Shown: positions 1-11,700 of the stretch, piece after piece
How the letters are laid out: each line of letters begins with the position of its first letter
Numbering within the stretch: position 1 is the stretch's first letter
Source of the DNA: Chiloscyllium plagiosum
Taxonomy: Eukaryota
Assembly: GCF_004010195.1 (NCBI RefSeq)
Contig: NC_057719.1
Span: 42,493,820-42,533,252 of the forward strand
Reading direction: 5' to 3'
Length of the DNA stretch: 39,433 bases
Notes under the pieces: generated by a model
Database searches by the model: none
Told to the model about the DNA's origin: nothing
Seen by the model: only the letters and a program-made list of their open reading frames with translations
Made by a program: the position numbers and the translations under genes

Positions 1-178
1 CCCCCAAGTACAAGGCGAAAGTCAGGAGTGTACGGAACATTCCCCACTTGCCTGGATGGGTGTGTGTCTCCAACAACACTCAAGCAGCTTGACACCATCC
101 AGGGCAAAGCACTGTGCTCATTTGGCACCACATCTACAAACATTTGTTGGCTCCACTATCAATGCTCAGTAGCAACTA

Positions 179-515
179 GATTAGATTATATTAGATTACT
201 TAGATTAGATTAGATTACTTACAGTGTGGAAACAGGCCCTTCGGCCCAACAAGTCCACACCGACCCGCCGAAGCGCACCCACCCAGACCCATTTCCCTAC
301 ATTTACCCCTGCACCTAACACTACGGGCAATTTAGCATGGCCAATTCACCTAACCTGCACATTTTTGGACTGTGGGAGGAAACCGGAGCACCCGGAAAAA
401 ACCCGGGTGGAAACCCACGCAGACACGGGGAGAATGTGCAAACTCCACACAGTCAGTCGCCTGAGGTGGGAATTGAACCCTGGTCTCTGGCGCTGTGAGG
501 CAGCAATGCTGCCCA
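179..515 (-). mobile_element. HE1-type V-SINE (tRNA-derived)
   Basis: Reverse complement is near-identical to the copy at 26315-26652: B box GGTTCAATTCC, V-domain GTGTGGAGTTTGCAC...CCTCCCACAGTCC, (TAATC)n tail. About 20 nt including the A box are missing. Possible TSD CAACTA at 173-178 and 516-521. Confidence 0.92.
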
Positions 516-609
516 CAACTACATGTACCATCTGTGAGATGCACAGCAGAAATTCACCAAGGCTCCACCGATGTATTTTCAAAAGCCATGGCCTGTACTG
601 TTGCAAAGG

Positions 610-700
610 TCTGAAGAAGGGCTCATGCCCGAAACGTCGATTCTCCTACTCCTTGGATGCTGCCTGACCTGCTGCGCTTTTCCAGCAACACATTTTCAGC
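610..700 (+). mobile_element. 91-bp PLE terminal-repeat insert
   Basis: Exact 13-bp TSD ACTGTTGCAAAGG at 597-609 and 701-713. Sequence matches the PLE arms at 37672-38136 and 11569-11700. Confidence 0.88.
611..638 (+). ncRNA. Minimal type I hammerhead ribozyme motif
   Basis: CUGAAGA-A-GGGC(UCAU)GCCC-GAAAC-GUC. Core and stem II intact, palindromic ACGU in place of stem III as in PLE hammerheads. The 5' strand of stem I is lost at the junction. Confidence 0.75.
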
Positions 701-834
701 ACTGTTGCAAAGGATCAGGATAGCAGATACATGGGAACACCACCACTTGCAAGTTCCTTTTCAAGCCATACAGTACCTTGACTTGGAAATGTATCCTATT
801 ACTGCACTGACTGGGTGAATGGCTTCCACCCATT

Positions 835-1090
835 CCTAAATTTTCCACATGCCTGGTTAAGTACATTCCACAACACACAAGATACAAGGTACCTGACACC
901 ATCCAAGACAAAGCAGCCTGGTTGACTGACAGCCAATCCATTACCATAAGTATTCATTCCCTTTATGACTTCTACAGGAGCAGCAATTATTACAATCTAC
1001 AAAATTCACTGACAGCAACACACCAAGTCATCTTCAATAGCACTTTCGAAATCTGTGATCCAATTAGAGCGACCTACACCAGGGATTACA
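835..1090 (+). mobile_element. Second, older family A LINE 3' fragment
   Basis: TGACACCATCCAAGACAAAGCAGCCTG (894-920) parallels TGACACCATCCAGGGCAAAGC at 90-110, with colinear downstream sequence. Confidence 0.6.
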
Positions 1091-1149
1091 GCAAGTCAAG
1101 AGGGGTCTCCCCACAACCTGCTCAGGACAGCCATATTGATAACGATATC

Positions 1150-2855
1150 CAGAGTAGGACAGAAAGGAATAGTGTACAAACATAGAAAACAGGAGTAAAT
1201 AGGACCAAACTGTGGGGATGAATGGTAAAAATGTAATTAATGGCATTTTACTTGAATGCTCATCATATTCAGAACAAGTTAACGGCATCAGTACAGGTTA
1301 ACTGGTATGATCTTATTGGCAGCACTGTCAGTATAGGATGGAAGATGCTAATGGTAGGAGGAGTCTCTCTGCCCCTAAAAGCAGTTGTATGGTAAGCCAG
1401 AAAATACAACAGGTGATAATGAGCATACGTAATAATGGCAGTACATTAATCATGAGGACTTGAATCTTCACATAGATTAGGAAAATCAAATTGTTAGAGA
1501 TAGCCATGAGGAGGAATTCAAAAAGTGTGATTTTCGGATAGTTTTCTAGAACAATATGTTGTGGATTCAACCAGAGATCAGGCTATTTTGGATCTGGTGA
1601 TGTATAATGAACCAAGTTTAATAAACAATGTCAGAGTCAAAGATCCCCTAGGAAACTGCGACCATATGGTGTAGAATTTAGCATTCAGTTTGAGGGGAGG
1701 AATCTTTGTTTGGAAACAACCATACTAAAAACTTCAATAAAATGTAATTACAAAGGAATCAGATGTTTAAGAAAAATAGTTGATAATTCACAACAAAGAC
1801 ATAGTCTGATAAGGAGGAATGATTCCAGGAAGGGGATAAACCCCTTAGGGACCAGGCTAGGGAAATGATAATGGGAACCAGGAAATGGCAGGAGTTGAAT
1901 AATTTGTATCAGTCTTTACAGTGAAAGAAACTAATACCACTCCAAAAATACAAAAAGAAAATCAAGAGTTGGGATATCTGGTGGGCATAGACAAGCTGGA
2001 CCGAAGGGTTGTTTCCGTGCTGTATATCTCTATGACTCTATGAATCTAGGAGAGGAAAAAGCATAAAACTTTCACTGGATAAAAAGTACCATTAAGTCCT
2101 CAATACAGAAAGCTAGCATGCATGTTCACTATGTAATGGGAAGGCAAATGAAATTTTTGCCTTTATTTCAAAGGAAATAAAGTATAAAAAATGGGAGGTC
2201 TTGCTGAAATTATACAAGGCCACAGACCACAGCTCGAATACTGTGAACAGCTTTGGAGTCCTTGTCTAAGGAAAAATATACAGCATTGGAGACAGTCCAG
2301 GGAAGGTTTACTAGACTGATCCCACTGTCTCATGAGGAGAGGTTGAGTAGGTTGGGCCTAAACCCACTGGGGTTTTTAAGAATAAGGGGTGACCCCACTG
2401 GAATGTACAAGATTCTCCGGGGAGTTGACAGGGTAGACCTTCCAATTGTTCCTCATGGCTATCTGTAGCATTGTGACTTTTCTAATCTAGGTGAAGCTTC
2501 AAGTCTCATGATAAATATACTGCCATTGTTCTATCTATTTCTGGGAGAGTCTAGGACCAGAAACCATATCTCAGAATAAAGAGGTCACACATTTAAGACC
2601 GAGATGAGGAGGAATTTCTTCTTTCAGCGGACAATGAATTTGTTGAATTCTTTACCCTCTGAAAGATGTAGAGGCTGGATTGTTGAGTATATTCAAAGCT
2701 TAGATAGCCCGATTTTTTTTCATCACTAAGGGAATCAATGGTTATGGAGAAGAGGCAGGAGAATGTGAAGCTGAGAATCATCAGATCAACTATGGTCTTA
2801 TTAGAGTAACAGAGTAAATGCAATGGACTGAATGGCCTACGTCTGCTCCTATATC
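1150..2855 (+). mobile_element. Degenerate CR1 LINE ORF2 (APE to C-terminus) plus 3' UTR, heavily deleted
   Basis: APE start LNAHHIQNKL near 1250; C-terminal ALETVQGRFTRLIP..ERLSRLGL (ORF 2253-2468); CR1 tail GACTGAATGGCCTAC..CTGCTCCTAT near 2826-2850. Confidence 0.8.
1965..2048 (+). mobile_element. Short 3' tail of a HER1-like CR1 LINE nested in the older CR1
   Basis: GGACCGAAGGG..GTTTCCGTGCTGTATATCTCTATGACTCTATGA, the same tail as at 33975-34020 and (minus strand) 13426-13480. Confidence 0.8.
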
Positions 2856-5800
2856 TGCTTATCCGAGGTTTACTCAGGACTGGATAATAAATGCTGACCT
2901 TGCCAGGAAAACTCTCAGTGTTTAAAAAGATCCTTGTTTAATGACTCGTTCAACTGGCAGCAGTTCCAAAAGGCAACACAAGCTCAATATGGTATAGCAG
3001 TGCTAGCTTAGATTTCACTCCCAAGTATTTGGTCGCCGTATTTGAACTTACAACTCAGATGAGAGTGCACTACCCCTACGTTACAGCTAATGTTGTTCAT
3101 TAGCAGGAATATTCATTGCTCCTTTTGACAATAATGTATGAAGGCACTTGTCAAAATTGATTAAAAATACAAAAGTCCTTTATTTCTTTCAGATGTAAGG
3201 GAGCAGACAAATGGATCAGAAGATTCCCAGTTGAATAAGCTAAGGCAGTTCAGAAATTGAATTACACGTATTGTGTAAACAGAAATCTAATGCCAGCTTT
3301 ATATTTTAGGTGAAACAGGTATAACCAACCAATGAAAACAACCAGCAGCTTTAAGGAAATATCCACTTCCTTTTTATGGAACAGCATTTTTAATACTGTC
3401 AAACGTGATTTTATTATCATCACTGGTAAGTAAAATCTTTGTCCATCTTTAAGCAGGCAATTTGATGGCGACCATCAAATTTGAGCTGTGCGTTTTGTTG
3501 TTAGCCCTTTTACAAACTGGGACAAAAACCAGTCACCATTATCTCTCAAAATCTTTTCCCATGTAAATATTATTGTCCCAGTCAACTTCGGTTGACTCAA
3601 GTCTTCACTTTTGATAGTTAGTTCCTTAGTAGTCACTATATTCATCTCATTCTACAGCTCCACATCAAGGGTTTCATCCTTGTCACATGAGCATACCAGC
3701 TCAATGTACTGTGCGAGCTGCTGCTCACGATGAAGGTTGCCTCCACCATCCGCTCTCAGTGGAGGAACCTACAGATCTTTTTGGTCTAAGGCAGTAAAGA
3801 AAGCCCACTTCCCGGCCCACTTAGAAGAGCCTCTTGCAGTAAACAAGGTATAGTTTATTGCATATTAACAGTATAGGTTACATTGATATGATAGACATTG
3901 TTTCAGAGACTTTAAGCACAACCAGATGTGTGAGGATTCACTCCCTCAAAATCCTAAACTGTTTTGCCTACAAGTCCATATGAAATAATCATAGTTGGTA
4001 ATACTTATGGCAGTATTTAGTTTTAACCCCTTCAAACCCAGGTATAAGAATTGCAACTTAGCAACCTATACTGTACTCCCAGTTTACCATCTATTAATTC
4101 CGCCATTTCTCTTTTATATCCTCTCTCACTTGTGCCTTAATAATGAAGTTTATACATATACATGTTATGTCCTGATTTTCTGCTGCTGTAGTCTCTTCTA
4201 AACAACTCATAGCCTAGCAGTTGTACGTTATCTTTCCACAGGAACTGTTGCAATAATTGTAAGTATTTGGAGAAGCGAAGAAATGCTGAAGAAACAAAGA
4301 ATTAAAAATGAACATCATTTTTATGTTATATTTTAAAACCAAGGTGAACACTTCAATGATCCAAGCTACTTGTGAAATATTATCCTAAAATAGAGCTGCC
4401 AGTGGAATTCCCCGCTGTGGAAGATGCAGATGGGGAGAGTATGCTAACTCTCCAGTTCAATTCAATCTGTCTTTGGATAGACATCTGCCCTCTATCAGCT
4501 GATCAAGAGAAAAGAAGCATCTGTGCTGTGAAATAAAGCATGTATTTTCTCTCACCTATTTTGACAATAGAACCACAGCTGGGGAGGTGAAAGGCAAAGA
4601 AAAAGGAAAGAGGAAATATAGAAAAACAAACCGGCAACTCGAGCTCCACTAATAATGGAGTACAGAAAAAGCAAAAGCATAGTTGCTGATAATTGATTCC
4701 GCCTATTTTGCCTCGAATCAGTGCCAAATATCTGAAGGATCTCCTCATCAAGATCTATGAACTTACTGAGAAACACCAGATGCAACATTTAAAAGAAGAT
4801 GTTCCGAATTAAAATTCACATGCCAAGTTCAATTAATGGTGAACATTTGCAAAAGAAATCCAAATATGTGAGCAGAAACATTTGAATTTTAACTATTTAA
4901 GATAGATTTTCCAAGATCTTGAAGATGAAAGTCACCGCACTCTTTACAAACAATCAGAAAAAATTCACAATTAGTAATATGTCACAGCACATGTCTGACT
5001 CAATATCTGTTGTATTGCTACACAGTTCTCAGAGAGGCATTTTACCTTGAAGGCATCTAAATGGCATCATAGTACTTTGGTAAAACTTTGGTATACATGA
5101 TCTCTATCTCTTATTCTCTGTACAAAGTTAGTTGTTTTTAGAAAATTCTGATTAAGAACCCAAGTTTGTGAAACATGTTACATGGGCTAACATATAGATA
5201 TCCACACCATTAATACTTGCTGTCAAGTATGTAGTGATATTATTTCCAACAGCATAACAGAATGGTCCAAACTGCAAAAGCAAATCATACTTTTGTACAT
5301 CTTGGAACAACTAATGGAACTAATAAATTTTCAGAGTTTATCAACAGAGAACAAAATTAATTTACAATATCAGAAATTGTTGGGTTGTCATTTGTGTATA
5401 CTGCTTAAATCTTTGTCTATTCTAGAGAAAAAAATAAATTCTATTTAAAGAACAATCTACTTTGTCACAGATATCATATTTGAGGTACCCAGTTTTCAAT
5501 CCTAAAATGGCAGCACTCCTATAAACTGACTCAGCAAGGCAGCATTAGATTATCAGTATCAAGGGGCTACAGATATCTAATACAGTATTCCAGCAAAAGA
5601 AAAACTACCTTTTTTTTTGAAAAAATAGCCCAATTAATCAATATTCTACTTTGTTAGGATCAAGTATTTACAATAAAGGCACGGTTTACATGTGCATCTT
5701 TCAAGGTTTATTTGTTTTAAGAAAAGGTAAAGAAAAGGAATCTTGGGACTTTTTATAACTGGGCAACTGAAAATAACCTGGTTTAAAATTGACAATTTTA

Positions 5801-6524
5801 GATTACTCTGGTTATTAAAATATAATGACTTGACAGCCAACTAATTGGGGAATCCATGCAAGCTGCTGTGAAATTTTCTCAATATATAAAGCTGTGCCCT
5901 TGCTTTGTCTTTCACATCAGTGAAGTTCTGGACACAACTGGATATATCACTGCAACAACAAACAACAAAATACTTCCCCATGCACAAAGGAAAGCAGTTA
6001 ACCAGTTGAGCAACTGACATATCATAATATTCTAAACAATTATAATAATAACAACATGCATGGCCCAAAACTTTAATGAGAATACCTGTGTGAAAATCAC
6101 TCCAATTAAATAGATGCTTCAAAAAGAATAAAGCACAGAAGGATTTTGCTCAGGAGCAACATGTGTTATAAACTAAGACAAAGGTTCAAAGATAATTAGG
6201 AAATTGGTCACACAAATAAAAATAGTAACTCCCACATCTTTGATGCTGCAAAATGGATAATTGCCAGCTCTCAAACATCTCATTTGAAGTAATTCTTTAT
6301 AAAACAACAGCAGATACCTAACACTTTTGTTCTGCTGCTATCATTTTTTATCATGACACACCAATGGCTTCATTTTTAGAGGACTACATTGCAGCATAGC
6401 TAGTGCATGCTGGCTATTCTGAAGAATTTACTTGTTAAAGTCATAATATAGTACCCATGTCTTGATTAATTATAGAAGGTAAAGAAAGAAAGAGTGAAGC
6501 GAAGAGTGCTGCAAAGTGCACTGC

Positions 6525-6845
6525 CTCAATGTGGAGACAGGCCCAACAAGTCCGCACTGACCCTCCATAGAGTAACCCGCCTAGACCCATTCCCTTACCC
6601 TACATTTACCCCTGACAAATGCATGTAACCTACACATCCCTGAACTATAAGCAATTTAGTACAACCAATCCACCCTAACGTGCACATCTTTGGATTGTGG
6701 GAGGAAACCAGGATACCCAGAGGAAACCCACGCAGACACAGGGAAAATGTGTAAACTCTGCACAGTCACCAGAGACTGGAATCAAACTTGGATCCCTGGC
6801 GCTGTGAGGCAGCAGTGCTAACCACTGAGCCACCATGCCACCCAT
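6525..6845 (-). mobile_element. HE1-type V-SINE, diverged
   Basis: Minus strand shows A box TGGCTCAGTGG, a degenerate B box and the V-domain; colinear with the other HE1 copies. Confidence 0.88.
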
Positions 6846-6944
6846 TCTTTAAACCAGTTAGCTGGCCCTAATTTTTTAAAAAGCAAAGAAATTTGCCCTG
6901 AGGAATATTCTAGAAAGACTTGAAAATTCTATTTGCGAACCACA

Positions 6945-7305
6945 TTTTTTTTCTTTATTCACTTACGGAATGAGGGCATTGCTGGCTAGGTATTATTTAT
7001 TGCCCATCCCTATTTGCCCAGAGGGCAGTTAAGAGTCAACCACATTGCTGTTGGGTCTGAAGTCACATATAAACCATACCAGATAACGATAGCAACTTCC
7101 TTCCCTAAAAAGACATTAGTGAACCAGGTGTTTTTTTTCCTGAAAATCGACAATGGATTCATGGTCATCATTGGATTCTTAATTCCAGATTTTTTTGATA
7201 CAAATTCCATCACCGGCCATGGCAGAATTCAAGCCCAGGTCACCAGAACATTATTTGGGTCTGAGGATTAACAGTCCAATGGTAACACCACTTGGCTATC
7301 ATCTC
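6945..7305 (-). mobile_element. tRNA-derived SINE ('family B') whose 3' tail resembles the family A LINE end
   Basis: Homologous to 8547-8900 and 27405-27650. Tail ..GGGATGGGCAATAAAT.. resembles the LINE end at 25080-25130. Confidence 0.8.
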
Positions 7306-7677
7306 TCCACATGGGGTGTAATCTTGTTTAATGAAAATTAAGGAGGTGTGCCTGAAGTGGGACATACGTCCATTCAGGTTTTCTTTTGTGATTATGACCT
7401 TCTTAGATTATTGAGTATTCACGCACAGGTTGTACATCAAATTGTTTGGACAGGCAGCTGGGAAGATCTGCATGTGCATTAACATCTCCCCTCTCCCACC
7501 ATTACCACCCCACAGGCATGACTTTTTTTTTTTAAATCTCCAACCACTGGCCAGTGTCTTTTAAAAGGTAACTGGCCAGCATTTTATTCTCTGCAACTAA
7601 GGAGCATTACTCAATCTCCACTCATAACCCTGATTCACCCCTGGAAATATTAGAGACCAGGCAAAACGTGAAGAGTT

Positions 7678-7852
7678 AGCAATCTTTCCTTAGATGTTCT
7701 TCCGAAGGTTGTCCAGGAAAGAAGGGAAGTTCTTTGAAGTGACAAAGACAATCTCTACAGAAGTGGCAGCAGAAGTTAGCACTCATGGGTGGCTCAAGAG
7801 GACCTGATTCCAGTACCAGAAAAGGATGAATGACATGCTGCATTCTGCAAGG
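7678..7852 (+). pseudogene. Myb/SANT-like DNA-binding domain remnant (Harbinger accessory ORF, NAIF1/MSANTD-like)
   Basis: Manual translation across a frameshift: SNLSLDVLPKVVQERREVL*/VTKTISTEVAAEVSTHGWLKRT*FQYQKRMNDMLHSAR, fitting the pattern L..L...V..R..VL...W.EVA..V....RT..QC.K..ND. Confidence 0.65.
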
Positions 7853-8546
7853 GCTGTACTACCACTTGCTCAACGCTTCATGCCTCTGCGAGTAAGTTGA
7901 CATTGCAAGGCTGCTATTAGAGAGGACTGGCACATACAAGTTTGGCAGCCAGACATCTCCATCAGGCACCTCATGTGCAATCAATGTCTTCCACTTCATG
8001 TCAACTCCCAATGTAACAACTACCACAATGGCACTGCCTCTAACTCATCTGCCAGGGTTCACATTTCAAATATTAAAAAGGAGTGACAACACTCAACAGC
8101 TCACACCCCATCAATTCACTTAGCTTTCTTAACTCTCAGAGAATGTACACATTTGATTGTTTTTCAACAAAGGTTTGCAGGAGACAAGAACACAAGCACA
8201 AAAGATGCTTTGGAATCAACACTTCACAGATATCTCAGGCATACACATCTTACAATGTTTTGTTTGTCAACAACTGTAGTTCTTTGACAATGCTGACTCA
8301 CATTTCAATGAGAATTCTTCAACGCCTAACTACCATCCATACCACCATCTTCTTAGTTGTGACTTGGACAATCACAAGATTGCACCTACACAGAAGACCA
8401 TCCCACATCAGGCTTGAACACTCTATGCCCCAGAACACCACAGACCAGCTGCCAAGGGTCATCAGCGTAACCTGACAAAGGAGTCAGCTGGCTTCTTCAA
8501 GCTCTGCTGTGGCTGCTACAGTGGCACACAAGACCAAATGGTAGGA

Positions 8547-8900
8547 TTTTTGTTTTGTTCACAGATTGTGGGCATCACTGCCCAAGCCAGCATTTAGTGC
8601 TCATCCCTAATTACCCAGAGGACAGTTATGACTCAACCACATTGCTATGGGTCTGGAATCACATGTAGGCCAAACCAGGTAAGGATGGTGATTTCCTTCT
8701 CTAAAGTACATCAGTGAACCATATGGGTATTTCCTACAATAAATGATGGTTTTTCATGGTCTTAGTCCTTAATGTTTTGCTAGATTCTTCATTCTGAATT
8801 TTCATAGAATTCAAATTCCATCATCTGCCATAGTGGAATATGAGCCCAGGTCCCCAGAACATCATTTAGGTCTCTGGGCTAATATTCAAGCACTACACCA
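8547..8900 (-). mobile_element. Family B tRNA-derived SINE
   Basis: Colinear with 6945-7305 (TCAACCACATTGCT..GGGTCTG..TCACAT; AGTGAACCA; AATTCCATCA). Confidence 0.8.
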
Positions 8901-10274
8901 ATACCTGAGGTTTGTGCACTCAGACCATTAGCCATACTTTTTGGGAGTATCCCTTATCGCCCTGGAGTTGATAAAGGGATCTGGGAGATGTGCAGAATGT
9001 AAGTGTTATGTCAGCTCCCTGTATTACTGGTGCACAGCTGCAGGAATTGCTGCCCTTGGTCACAAAGCTGGATATTGAGGGAATGAAATCAGGAATAGGA
9101 CCTGGATGATGCTATGGAGTCTGAGCACCAAATGCATGCAGTCGATGGTCCTAGTACCTAAGAATACACAATGATGATTGCCAATCTAACAGCTTGGCCC
9201 ACTTTGGTCCATAGTGAACTGGACAAACTGTATTGCTTTCCTGTAATGGGCACAAATGAACTCACAAATGCACTTGTGATCTGCAGATTGAGATTTGAAC
9301 TAAGGTTTGAAAGGAGCTGGTAGTGAGGAAGTTCAAGGTTTTTGTCATCTTCAGTGCCACTGCCATAGTCTGCCTCCCAGGCCATGCATTTGCAGATTTG
9401 TATTCAGAAGGTAGCAGACATGTGTACTGGTTTCCACAGTTTGGTAAAGATGTTTCCAACATTGTCTCTCATTTATCTATAAATAGCTACAACATCTTCA
9501 ATACATTCTCTCTCAGTTTACGGCTTGATGGCACTGAAGACCCTGATTCCCCTTTTCAGGTAATGCTTGCTTCTCCACAGCAGCCATGCTACTCCTATGC
9601 CTCTGGTTCTGCTGGCACTGGGCATTTCTTGTTCTCTTCCTCCTTAACCACAGCAATGTTAGTACTGCTCCTGGGTTAAGTTGGTCTAACATCTGGCATA
9701 AAAGTACTAATCCATGAAGAAATATCAGGATGAGTTACTTCCTATTTGAAATCTAGACATAGCCACACTACCCCTTCAGCCCTTATCAATTTGTTAATGT
9801 GTTGGGTGATAGTCTGACTGAAAGCCACCTCAACATGATGAGGTACATCCTTCATGACCCAGGACCAATTTTCCTCTTCCTCATTCTGCCCTGTGCAAGA
9901 TCTAATATTTTAGTAGTCTTCATTACCCCTTGTGAGCAGCCTTATAGCAGGGGAATCTACAGTCTACCAATTTCTTTTTAAACCATCCCTGCCCCACCCA
10001 CCTTGACCTTCAGTGACACGGGCCTTTGAATGCTCCTCCATAACTGTGTATACAACTTTCCCTGGCCCCTGCCAACCCCCATACCACTCCTACTGAGTCT
10101 TAGGTACCCTTCTTCTCAGATGTAACAGCAACATGGATAATGATGTTCAGAATTGATAGAGCTTGTTCAACTTTATTCTGTAGAGTACTTCATTTTGGTG
10201 CTAAGCCCTTAACTGTGTGCACACGCAACAGTATTTTTCAGTTTGTATTTGATTCCCTCAAAAACAAAAACTTA

Positions 10275-10512
10275 AACACATGTACCAACAGATTCAAGAA
10301 CACCTTCCTCCCCACTGTTATCAGATTGCTGAATGGACCACTCAAATTTTAAATTTAAACGTTGATCTAGCTCTTTGTGCACCTTCTTTGCAACCATAAC
10401 ATTGTATTCTTTGCTCAGTTCTATTATCCTAATGCACTTTGTATTGAATGATCGGTCTGTACCACATGCAAAACAAAACTTTTCACTGTACCTAGGTACA
10501 TGTGACAATAAC
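10275..10512 (+). mobile_element. Rex1/Babar-type LINE 3' end
   Basis: C-terminal motif TCTNRFKNTFLPTVIRLLN, then a 3' UTR ending TTTTCACTGTACCTAGGTACATGTGACAATAA. Confidence 0.7.
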
Positions 10513-10599
10513 ATTTTAAAAAATTAAAATTTGTAGTACAGATGCAAACCAATTTAGGAGGAAGATGGTAGTTGCTTTAACATTCACCTACCTTTTCCC

Positions 10600-11100
10600 T
10601 CTGTACTATACTGAATTCTCCCAATCACAGTAGAAGGCCTTCTCCTTTCCTCTAATATCTCCTTTCTCCTCAAACCTCCCTCTGTGACTCACAGTTCTTT
10701 CACCACCTCCCTGGATATTCCATCTATTCTGCCAATCCACTCCCATTCAGATCCTCATGCCAAGCCTTAGCCTTAAAACATCCTTTATTCAATTTATCTG
10801 CTCTTTCTCCTATCCTCGCATCCCAATTATCTCATGTAAGGTATTCCTGACTGTAACTATGTAGCTGTCATCCTTCCTTGTTTGTTTTGTCCTTATCAGT
10901 GTGATTTTCTCTTTTGTATCCCTGTTTCTAGTCTCCAGGAATGTTAGTGCCCCTAACAATCATACCCTTAAAAGTTACATTCTTTATTGTTCTTTTTCCC
11001 TTAATCCACATTTATTTGAACCCTAAGAGTTAAACCCTCCTTTCCACTAGAGCCCCATGTTGAGTAGAGCCCAATTTTCCTATCCCAGTCAGGTTTGCTT
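10600..11100 (-). mobile_element. Very old CR1 relic (ORF1 end and APE start)
   Basis: AGTTAAACCCTCC near 11028 and flanking blocks resemble the ORF1/ORF2 junction of the CR1 at about 18800-19130. Confidence 0.4.
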
Positions 11101-11568
11101 GGACAGATTTGTTGACCCAATTTAGCTTCATCCTTTACACTGTAAGCGCTTGAGCAAAGAAATAGCTTGATAATGAAGGAGCCAAGTTACTGAAGGAGTT
11201 ACTTAGGGAAGCCTGGAGGAGGAAGTCTATCCCACCAGCCATACATCTCACTTAAAAAGCTGAATTAGTGAAAGATGTTTTTTTAGCTATCAAAACTGTG
11301 CCTGTAAATGTAATTCCAGTGGACTATGGTATTAACGAGTACTCAAGGCATGCTAACACATTCTCTGCTTTCAAGGTCGGGGAAGCCAACCCACCTGAAA
11401 GGTCAAGAACCTAATCCCAAATCTTTAACCCACCACTGGGAGACTGATTTTTAGCCACCCACCCAATTAAGTTTCCCATCTGCCTTTTCAAAGATATTGG
11501 GTGGGTCTGAAACATTACATCCATGATTCTATAAACAAAAACCACATAGGAAGCAAAGAAAGTTATGA

Positions 11569-11700
11569 GGTAAAAACAAGGACTGCAGATGCTGGAAACC
11601 AGGTTCTAGATTAGAATGGTGCTGGAAAAGCACAGCAGTTCAGGCTGCATCCGAGGAGCAGGAAAATCGACGTCTCGGGCAAAATCCCTTCATCAGGAAT
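11569..11700 (-). mobile_element. PLE terminal repeat with complete 3' end and a mutated hammerhead motif, fused to the ferritin retrocopy
   Basis: Minus strand reads ATTC-CTGATGA-A-GGGATTTTGCCC-GAGAC-GTC...CCAGCATCTGCAGTCCTTGTTTTTACC; homologous to 37672-37800. Confidence 0.88.

Larger units (their letters stand above)
1..830 (+). mobile_element. LINE 3' region (CR1/L2 group, 'family A'), interrupted by an HE1 SINE and a PLE mini-insert
   Basis: Colinear with the copy at about 24590-24990 (shared CTCCAACAACACTCAA, CCATCT..AGATG, GAACAC..CA), which lies downstream of an RT motif. Confidence 0.7.
7311..11524 (+). mobile_element. Decayed PIF/Harbinger-type DNA transposon (about 4.2 kb including later insertions)
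   Basis: Imperfect terminal inverted repeats ATGGGGTGTAATCTT (7311-7325) and AACATTACATCCAT (11511-11524) bracket a Myb/SANT-like remnant. No transposase was convincingly readable. Confidence 0.5.

Noticed and set aside
177..220. (TTAGA)n array resembling telomeric or CRISPR repeats
   Set aside because: It is the SINE (TAATC)n tail on the minus strand; no spacers and not TTAGGG.
224..667. 147-aa ORF with GRKPEHPEKT..HADTGRMCKLHT, and similar ORFs at 26271 and 37982
   Set aside because: Antisense translation of the HE1 V-domain; a recurrent spurious peptide.
3687..3730. SECIS-like pattern ATGA-N12-AA-N24-GA
   Set aside because: The GA quartet is out of register with helix II, the UGA pairs better with TGCTCA, and no selenoprotein ORF is visible.
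4552..4788. Protein-like KFIDLDEEILQIFGTDSRQNR after a minus-strand AG
   Set aside because: No recognisable homolog, no GT donor right after the motif, and no consistent exon chain with the candidates near 5950 and 3770.
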